A stretch of 50,047 nt of DNA from Catajapyx aquilonaris (lineage: Eukaryota). Of this stretch, positions 37,901 through 47,258 are shown one piece after another. The stretch's first letter is position 1. The number at the start of each line of letters is the position of its first letter. Where the stretch lies: NCBI GenBank assembly GCA_000934665.2, contig JYFJ02000727.1, forward strand, positions 62,001 through 112,047. Direction: 5' to 3'. The notes under the pieces were generated by a model. That model did no database searches. It saw only the letters and a list, made by a program, of their open reading frames with translations, and was not told where the DNA came from. A program made the position numbers and the translations under genes.

Positions 37901-40900
37901 AGATAATTTCATTCGAAATAGTGGTCGACAAAGGTGATTTTCTTGGTGGGAAGAAACCTGGCTTTGCCTGGAGGTCTATCGGAGGAGTCCCGCCTTGCTC
38001 CATGCCGAATTCACACATTAGCACCACAAACTACTCCACACATCCCTGAGTATTTCTACTCTCACCTACAAAATACAAAATACAAAAAATAATTAAAAAT
38101 AACAATAAAATTTTGCGTCTAATGATGCTCTGATGATTCCGTGACAAACCGGCATGCCAATCAATTTTTCATGTTACTCTGACAAGGAAATACCGTAACA
38201 TAACGTTCTCAACAATCGTGTACAGTAGGCTACATCAATAGTGAAAAATTATTCGACAAATTCTGCACGGATAGAAAAAGTGCAGAATAGCCCCCAAAGT
38301 GAAATGTTTAGTCAATAATGCCGGTAACAGTTCACGACCTTTGACCTCCTCTTGGAAAAGTAATCTTGATTTTCAAAAAGATACAACGGTATGTGGACCA
38401 ATTTTACGCCTGGCACAAATCTCGCTTGTCGAAAAGAAATTCGGTTCGGGTAAAAAGGAAAACGAACAAAGTAGATATCAAATACAAAAAAGGAGTCTGG
38501 AACATTTTCAGTACTGTACTGTACAAAGAAAGTCGTCGTGTGTGTGTAGGCGGTATTATGTAACTGTGCGAAAGGTTGAAGGGGACTGGAAGTGTCAGAT
38601 TTTGGCAGCTTCATGCAGTTTTGGATTTAGGACTTATTTACACACACAAAAACAAGAAAAGCAACACAAAAAAACATGGCAGACTAAAATTTCACTGCGC
38701 TGGGCAGAATGGGATGAAGTGCGCTTACGTTGCCAGCTTATGTGTCTGTGATATCCTGACACTCACAGTGACAGGAAAGGTCGTATAAATGTTTCCCAGA
38801 TATTTTGGTCGATATTCTTGACATAAATGCCATCACTTTTGGGAGCCTTTATGGGCTTCAGGCTTTGCAAACCCAAAGACGCACCTTGAACCACCGCCAC
38901 AAATGAATTGTTGGAGAGTTAATCTATTATGTACAGCATTTGTAACGGTATGCTACATGTCTTTTTAAATTTTGCATATCGACCTACAGGCAGGCTAGGA
39001 CACTACAAGATGGTGGAAAATATCTCGGCCTTACGTTCACTGATTTTTATGACTGGTACAGTATTGTGCCTCTTTTATGTAACTGGTAAAAGCTGCAATT
39101 TTTTGAGCAGTACCTAACTGTTCTTTCCTAAAAGGTTTTCACCATATTGTACATTTGACTATTTTGGAAGCCTGCGTGTACCCCCTCTCGACTTAAATCG
39201 ATATGGCCAATACGGAAAGAGCGGCCCTTTTGGCTGCACTGTAATTCTCTGTACCTCGGCAAACAATAACACGCACAACCCAGTAACCACGTGTGACCTG
39301 AAATTTGTCACATTCCCTCCCTCCTTGGCCCGATACTTCATTAGAACCCCCTCCTCCTCCTCTTCTACACTCTTAATACCAAACTGCTGGAGCATAATCC
39401 TGAAACCCCCTGAGCCTGACGAAGCGGCTTGAAGACCGCCGCTGTCCTTGATGTTGTCGTTGAACCTCTCCAAGAGATTCTCCCGAGCGGCCCAACTGCG
39501 ATCATTTCCAAGTCAGCCCTTGGCACAACTGCGACCAAATCCTCCCCATCCCAGCATCCATTTGAATCCAGCCATGTCTGGAGGATTCATCCGAGCGAAA
39601 GCCTCCTTCAAAATGCCTCGCAGGCAAGTGAGGAATCGTACACTGCCACGCCTTTTCCACCCCTACCTTGCTCGCTAGGGATCAGGCTTTGTTGCCTCTG
39701 CCTGCAATATACTCAGGCCCCAGTCTCTTGATAAATCCTCCATCCAGCACAGCCCATGTCTGCCATTGAAAGCGATGGATATGTCAGCGATTAACAGTGG
39801 TCATGGACATATAACGGAGCGGGCTAGTGGGACCACAACAAGCAATGTTTACAAAACGTGGCAACACCTCTCGCCCACATACCGGTCCAAACTGTGCTTC
39901 ACCTTGAGAAGCGACAGGGACCACAAAAAAAAAATCCCTCGGTAATAACACCCCCACTGACATCAGGCTGGGGGAGTAGTAGAAGGGGAGAGAAAAATCT
40001 CCACCTGGCCAGGGTTGCCATTTCTCCCCTACCATCATCATCCCCCAACTTCTTTTGTTCCGTTTCGAGTCCGCAAATCATATCGTACCCTTTTTATCCT
40101 GCAGCTGTCGCCCCAACTGGTTCGCCATGGTCCGACAAAGAAAAAGGACGGAAATAAGTGCTTCATTAACTTGTTCCGGATGAAATGGCCCTGAAGACAC
40201 CTTCAGTTTCAAGCCAGTTCATCTCAAAACGTGCACTCTTTTTTCTATGCGAAGTACATGAATCGCCACTTTCTATTAATTACCCCCGGACTAGTTTCCA
40301 ACCGCATTTACCACCCCAGTCCCAAAGTCAAGCTACTTTTCAAAATTCCGGGAGAGAGCAAAGTGCACGCATCAAAGTACGCAAAAATGTCTCCTTGTAG
40401 TCCTCCACCAACAAGATTTCCCAGTCAGTTGAGGGTGTTAATATTTCACAGTTGGGGAATCGATTTTGCGTAGGATTTCGCTGGCTACACTCCCCAATTT
40501 CCCCCACCAGCCTCATCCCCCCAAAACCCTAGACAAAGTAGAATTCCCGCTGTCACACTCCCAGCAGCAAAGTGACTGTTCCAACCACAGATGCTTGACA
40601 CTCTGAAAATGAATATGGAAAGCAGAGCAGCCTAACAGTCTAAGCCTATCTTTTTTTCTTTCTAATAGCTCCACAATTTGTGATACACTGTATACTTTGT
40701 CATTTGTAAAGTAGGACCCTCTCTAGCGGTTCACAGCCTGAGCAGTGACCCATCCATGTTGAAGGAAGAATCGTGACTGAGCCAAGAGGTGGGCCTTGCT
40801 GGCTTGCACTCCCCAAAAGCTCTCCCCAACAATCCAACCAGTCTTGTTTCCGCTAGCTCCCCCGACCAGTCCCCCTCCATCCATGGTAACCCCCCGTCCT

Positions 40901-43900
40901 CCTCTTTCATGAGCACACACATATATATTCGGGGGCCATGTTGCCACATCCTCTGCAGTCTCGAACAAAGAACCTCTCCCCTTGTGTGCACCCCACTCCT
41001 TACGATAGCGATCGAAAGCCATCGTATGGACTATTATTGCCTCGGGAAATTTATGCGACGCTGTCACATTCATATGTGTGTGCAACATATGGCGTGCGGG
41101 CCTGATGAGGTGGTTTCTGGGGAATTGGGTCGCGTCAAAACATCAAGTTCACCTCAGAGCCAGGGTCGCACTCATGACGCAAATGTCTGATCCGAATGTC
41201 TTCTTCGTCCTTTCCGTATCGCTCTCAAGAAAGGTAAACAAAGAGATTAACCGAGGAATAATGTTGATGAGGGTCGTCCCACTAATCGGTACCATTTTCA
41301 TAATCTGCATGACTGCATATTCCACGGACACTCCTTCGCTATTTAGTAATCCTGTCGCTCTATGATAAGCTCCTCCATGCATTACACTGAGCCCGCTTTC
41401 GCCCCGACCTTTGTGCGAAATATTTGACCACCACGTAGAATGTGCGCCTCCAGCACATAAGTGCCGGGCCTATATACCTATATAATCCATATATCGACAA
41501 ACCTCCAAAAGCAAGCAGAACTTTGAAAGGTGGGATTTTCTTCCTGTCGTCTCATAATGGATTCTATCTATTTCCTTAGAAAGAGCCGCTTCCTCAGTGG
41601 GCGCAAGAGGATCTGGCGGCAGAAATGCCAATGCCAGCAGGCCCGGAAAGTCTCAAGAAAAATCCTGACACAAGTTGCGGTTCGGAGTAGGAAGCCATGT
41701 TTATTATCCCTCCTCCCTCACATCCGCTGTTTAGAATCTTCCCCTCTCTTCCCGTACACCAGCTTTTATCCCTTTTCTAGACACACCGCCCAAAATATGA
41801 GATTCTATCGGGTCCTCCCAGAAACAGTGGGTACCAACGGGACACGTTGTCTTCGTGGTCCGCACCTTGTCCTAATCGCATTTGGCAATAATTTTTTGGG
41901 GAACAGCCAATTCTCCTTTTGTTTATTTCACTCCTGGGGGGTCGATAGGGGCCGGAGCGTAAACAAACAACGGAGGCTGAGGAAAAAGGAGTGGCCAGCC
42001 CCTGATTGGCTCCCTCGGGGCCGTCTAATGCTTGAAAAGTGCTCATTAAAGCACCCGATGCAGGGGGGAAAAAACGCTATCGCAGTGCCTCACACACACA
42101 CACACACTACAGCATTATCATTCATATCGTACATCGGCTCCTGCAATGTTGACTTAAAATGTTTGCTTCTCACCCTTTTTTTGAGGTTCTCCCAAAAAAG
42201 GTAAATAAACACGTGTCAAAATTTGGGACTGTGGAATGGCCCGGCGCATGTGCGATGGCAACATCAACAAACCATCGGGCAACCCTGCCCCTTCTCATGG
42301 TTGCTATGCGACGCGGCCATCAGCTGGCGAGTCCCACCCACCCGCCGCCCCGGGGCCCTTTTTCCGGATCCCTGGCTCTCGGGGATGGGGAGATGGTGGG
42401 GCCCGCCTGCCTTCCTCCTTCCTCCACCGAAGAAGTGGATGGATGATGGTCGCTTGGTTGCCTCTCCGCTCTCCCTTCCCATCCCATCCCTCGAAAAAAA
42501 GGAAGGAAGGAAGGAAGAAAATGATGGAGGACCAGGGAGAGGGGGAGCCACATCAGCAACAATGGTCGGCCATGTTCCCCTGCACCATCAGCATTTGCAT
42601 AACGTGAATCAGTGCAATGCTGAGCAATGGGGCGTGACACAATGCTGTTTGGACTTGGCTATTTTCACACGCGGGCTGGATTTATGCACTATTCTTTTCT
42701 AATGTTTTTGATCAGATCTGGTCAGATGTTGTAATAACTGAGCGTGTCTAGCGGCGTGTTCTCGTTGTTCGTTGTGTTTACGGTATGCGTAACTGCGTCG
42801 ATATCCAAGAAACCTCGCAAGAAACAAAGAAACGCCTCCTGAGAGGCCTCCTGTCCAGGCACATATCCAGTTATTATATCTTATAACGCCTGCGTCATGT
42901 CGCGCCGCTATATTTCATATAAAAGCAGCGTGCGCTATCTACTGATTTTCTTTCCAACTTCTGCACAAAACGTGTTTTGTGGAGACACTTTTCTTGTAAT
43001 TCGTGTCACATTATTGAGCGAAGTAGTCGATGATGGAATATCCGCCATAATATGGCCACATCCCCTCATTTCTAAATATGGCCAAATATGACAGAAAATC
43101 CTGTTATTGAGGATCGGCTCTGATAACTCCATTTTCTGTACAAAGCCTGGAGAGAACCCTAAGTAGGAGGTATCTTGTGACAGTCGCGAGTTTCCGGAAT
43201 AAACATCCTTTGTGCCGTTCCTAGAATTTGCTCCAAAACATTTCCCGTTGCTATGGTGTCCCTGGTGATGCTGGAGTTACAGTATCCGTCGCATAAAGGT
43301 AAATATAAGTCCTTGATTGGCCCCGTCTTTCCTGGAATCTCTTTCATGAAGACCAATCTGGTTCAGGTGACTGTGCACCTGGACGGTTTCTTAGCAGCAT
43401 CCCTTAGAGCCTTTATTCCTCGAAATAGACTGCGCGTCGCAGTCTGCTTTGAGGGACCTTTGAGGGGCTTAATTAAAGGTCGCAGGTACAGCCCGTTGTC
43501 AGGTCTTATTTGGCTCAGTGTCCTCCCACTGCCAAGTAATCTTCAATATACTCATCAAATAAAATTTCAATAGAGAAGACGGGCATTGGAGAGAGATCTA
43601 CTCCAAGAATACAGTATATATAGACACTGCGTCTCACGCCCACAGTACACCGCATCTTCTTTGTCACGAGGAGACATCAAGGATCTCAACATGAAGGAGC
43701 CATGCATGAAGCACATAGCCTATATACCTCGACAGTGTGAATATATGAAACGGACACTATAGGCCCTATTCACAGATTCTTAGGTTTAAAAAAAAAAAAT
43801 CGGAATCGCATTACGCGTGATGAACCTGAAACTCTCCAAGCGATATTTTTCTTCCGTATCATATATGGATGTGAGAGTTCTTGGGATCGTTTCTTGTCTA

Positions 43901-45917
43901 CTACAGTGCAAATCCCTCAGGTTCCTGGGTATATGAACTGACTGCACTATTGATGACCTTTGTGATACGTGAGTACGAATCCACGCGCCGGTATAGGTCT
44001 ACCAAACATGATAATGGTAACTCGATAGTCATTTTGACACACAGTCACAAATTTTCTTTGCCTAGTACGTACATGCGCGATTTGACAATAATTGAACAAT
44101 TGTTTCGGAAGTGTTCATGGTTCTACTCTTCATTCTTGAATTTTGACAATTGCATGCAATTCTACCAAATCCTTTCAAGGAGCAGATAAGCTAGGTCAAG
44201 CGGATTTTCAAAGGTGAGGTGGTCAAGTTAGGTAACCGCATCCAATGTGTCACTCGATCCTCATAAACACAACGCTGTGCGTGTTTTTCCACCTGTCTTA
44301 TCAGACCAACTACGCCTTTTTAGGGAAATGGGTATGTTTGTACCGCATGTACCGCAGAGATAGTGTCATCCCCTATCGTCTGCTATCCACTGCGTATACG
44401 TGCCAGCTATCCAACACACACACACACGCCCCTCCCTGCATCGCATATTCGCCCCATTCCCCCCCTGCTGCCTAGGCAATTCGGCCCGAATTATTCCCCC
44501 TCCAACTGTGTATGTGTCCCCCTGTAAACCTTCCCAAAATTCAATAAAGGTTGGCCTTTCCTCCCTTCCACACGTGGCCATCTCCCGACCCAATCCCGCA
44601 CTTCCAACCAGTGTTTCCCGCCCTTCCCTCCCGCCATCTATCCGTGTGCACCCGAACCCCCAATGTAACGAACGTGTGTCCCCTTTAAATACCTGACGTA
44701 TGTGCACCACATGTGTGCCACCTATGAGTTACGCAACACTCTGTACTTCACCCACACGGTGGCATCAAAGGTACAGACGACATGACGGGAAGATTGGGCC
44801 ATGCCTCACCCACACCCTCCTCCCGCCCACCCTCCCCCATCCCGTCTAGGTCATTGCACCACCTCCACCGCCCAGTGTGTCCCCTCTTTTAGGGTGCAAG
44901 TACTCACCGGCAGGTCCGGACGGATGGCCATACCGGATGATGGGTCTCCGATGCGTCCAATCGACTGGTGGCCACAGAGCACTCCGAGCGGGGTCACCAC
45001 TAAAACCGGGCACGAAAATTGGCGCGAGCACACATCAAACCGGCATCCATTTTTATCCCAAACCGTCACTTGTTCTTCTCTCCCTTGCACCAGGGACGGG
45101 TGCCAGGCGAAGGTTCCTCCCCACTCTCTTATCCCATTCTACTTCGAGCTCCTACTTTTAAAATACTTCGAGGACGCAAATAGAACTGGTGTTCTCACCA
45201 ACGTTTTAAACAAACTTTGAAAAGTGGATGATGGGCTGGAAACTGTGCAAACTTTGTCACTGGCAGATAAGCAGCGATTTCTAGATAGCTGCGAATAGTG
45301 TTAGCTGCTATTTTGCAACATTACTGTTTCTGGACGCAATAAAATGAATCAATTGACTTTTTATCGTGGAACTGGCTTATCTTGATTGTACGGCACAGAT
45401 ATGAGGGATGTGGCCATTCAAAAACGAAAACCATCCCGATGCACAGTGGGGTATTTGGGTCGAAATGTTGGCCAAAATTATTTCCGAGGGGTTTTGCTTC
45501 TAAAATGCTCTGATTCATTAATTTATGAAGTAGGCTAATAGGGGAAGTAAAGTAGTTTTTGATGACAAAAAGGCTGGCAGTATAAGCGGACCTTTACTGG
45601 TATACAGTTGTATACAGTACAGTACAAGCCGTATGAACGAATTACTCAATTTTGTAAGAAACTATTGCGGATTTCTCAGGAATCGTAGCCAATTTTTGGT
45701 TTTCATTGTCATATTCGTGATCAGAATCTTCAAATCGTTAAGAAATGACTATACTTTAGTCGGCAACGTCGGCAATAGAAGCGGACCTTTACTGGTAGAG
45801 CCATATTATCGCGAACCTTGCCCCTTGGTCAACTTTGCCAAGAAAACTTTCATCCCTGATGCACAAAGTGATATGGTGATATGGGTTGTTGGGAGGGAAT
45901 GACTAATGAGGCCGAGG

Positions 45918-46042
45918 TAAGGGGTTAACCACTCGACTGTAAAGTGTGCACTGGAATACCAAACTTCAAGAAGTACCAATGAGTACCACTGCAGGTGTAC
46001 TGTACACAGGACGACAGGAGTACCGAAGTGATTAACCCCTTG
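45918..46042. mobile_element. Candidate 125-bp MITE with 15-bp TIRs and 8-bp flanking direct repeat
   Basis: AAGGGGTTAACCACT (45919-45933) and AGTGATTAACCCCTT (46027-46041) are 14/15 inverted repeats. GGCCGAGG flanks both sides (45910-45917, 46043-46050). Confidence 0.45.
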
Positions 46043-46050
46043 GGCCGAGG

Positions 46051-46325
46051 CCTGTACACTGTTTCGACTTGGGTGGGTGGACTGACAAGTTGTGGGTTCG
46101 AACCCGGCCGAGGTCGGTGACTTTTCTCCGGGTTGTAGAAAAGTGAGAGTGCGCCTTCCTTCGGAGGGGAGGTAAAGCCGTCGGTCCCGTGTGCTTGTGG
46201 CATTGCGCGAGTGCACGTTAAAGATCCCCAGAGTTGCCAAATTTCCATGAGGAGGACCACTCCCTGGCGTCGGTGTTGAGCCTCAGCAGCAGAAATAGGA
46301 CGACGTTAAGCCCCACTGATCCATG
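46051..46325 (+). mobile_element. tRNA-derived SINE with Deu/Nin-type conserved domain
   Basis: B box GGTTCGAACCC (46095-46105). CCTTCGGAGGGGAGGTAAAGCCGTCGGTCCCG (46158-46189) and GCACGTTAAAGATCCC (46213-46228) match hallmark Deu/Nin-domain motifs as I recall them. GACGTTAAGCCCC near the 3' end (46302-46314). The 5' boundary is uncertain. Confidence 0.75.
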
Positions 46326-46967
46326 GACTGACAAGTTAACCCGCCGGGGAGGCGGGGACTGTAGAAGCGACTGCCTATATGTAACGCAGCTCTGGAATTC
46401 ACATTCCCATGGAAATGCCTTTATGAAAAAAAAAACATTTCCGTAAATTCAACGCATCCACCAATTACGCAAATTGGCCACCTCACGTGAGTTCGTATCG
46501 TTATGGGCATTCTGGGATTTTGTGGGATTTGAAACTAGACTAAATATATAATAATACAATAATAAATACACAGCATTTACAAATATTACTCCGTGTTGAA
46601 AACAAAATTTCCCACCATGCATCTACGTACATTTCTAAAGTTCTTCAGAGCAAACATATGGAATGAGGTGGGAGTGTGAAGTGGGGTTGGGGGGTCAAGG
46701 GGTCAAAAATGCAGGGGGAAAACCACGTGGCTGTGCAGTCTTTTCCTGGGCCAACTCCATCCGCATTCCTCTTTTTACACATCCAATCAGAATGTCTGTG
46801 TCGACTATACGCTATTAAGACAAGCAGGTAATCTATCACAGATAGTGACAAACTTTGGCTTATTGCAACTTATATAGGGCCCATTTTAAGACATATCGAG
46901 TTTCGAGTGTATGGAAGGGAAATTTTTACAAACACACACGCACTTCCTAAAATACTGTGTATGTACC

Positions 46968-47138
46968 TGTTGTGTCCTGTAATTATTGTAACCAGTTGCC
47001 AGACAACTGTGACTTGTTTGTCTTGTTGTAGGAACAGACCTTGAAGCTGGTCTGTTCTCGGGCTCCAGTCGTATTCTTGTAATACACCTGTTTTAGTTCA
47101 TCACCTGAGTCCTTCTTACCAGCCGTCCATACACAACA
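46968..47138 (+). repeat. 5' LTR (171 bp)
   Basis: Starts TGTTGTGT and ends ACACAACA (8-bp terminal inverted repeat). 169/171 identical to the 3' LTR. Confidence 0.98.
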
Positions 47139-47142
47139 TTTC

Positions 47143-47160
47143 TGGCGACGAGGACGGGAT
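47143..47160 (+). promoter_or_regulatory. Primer binding site, tRNA-Ser(GCU)
   Basis: TGGCGACGAGGACGGGAT lies 4 nt after the 5' LTR. It is complementary (17/18) to the animal tRNA-Ser(GCU) 3' end ...AUCCCAUCCUCGUCGCCA as I recall it. Confidence 0.85.
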
Positions 47161-47258
47161 CCATGACGGGATCTGACGGCAACGTGTGGGTAAGAAGGTT
47201 CTAGTTTTCCACAACGTGGAAAGAATTTTCACCAAGAGGTTAGTGTTTGTTGGTAACC

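Noticed and set aside
41530..42204. 224-aa ORF
   Set aside because: GTG start, no motifs, runs through a CA repeat; the composition looks non-coding.
46051..46110. Possible tRNA gene (GGTTCGAACCC)
   Set aside because: No cloverleaf, and it is followed by a Deu/Nin SINE body, so it is a SINE head.
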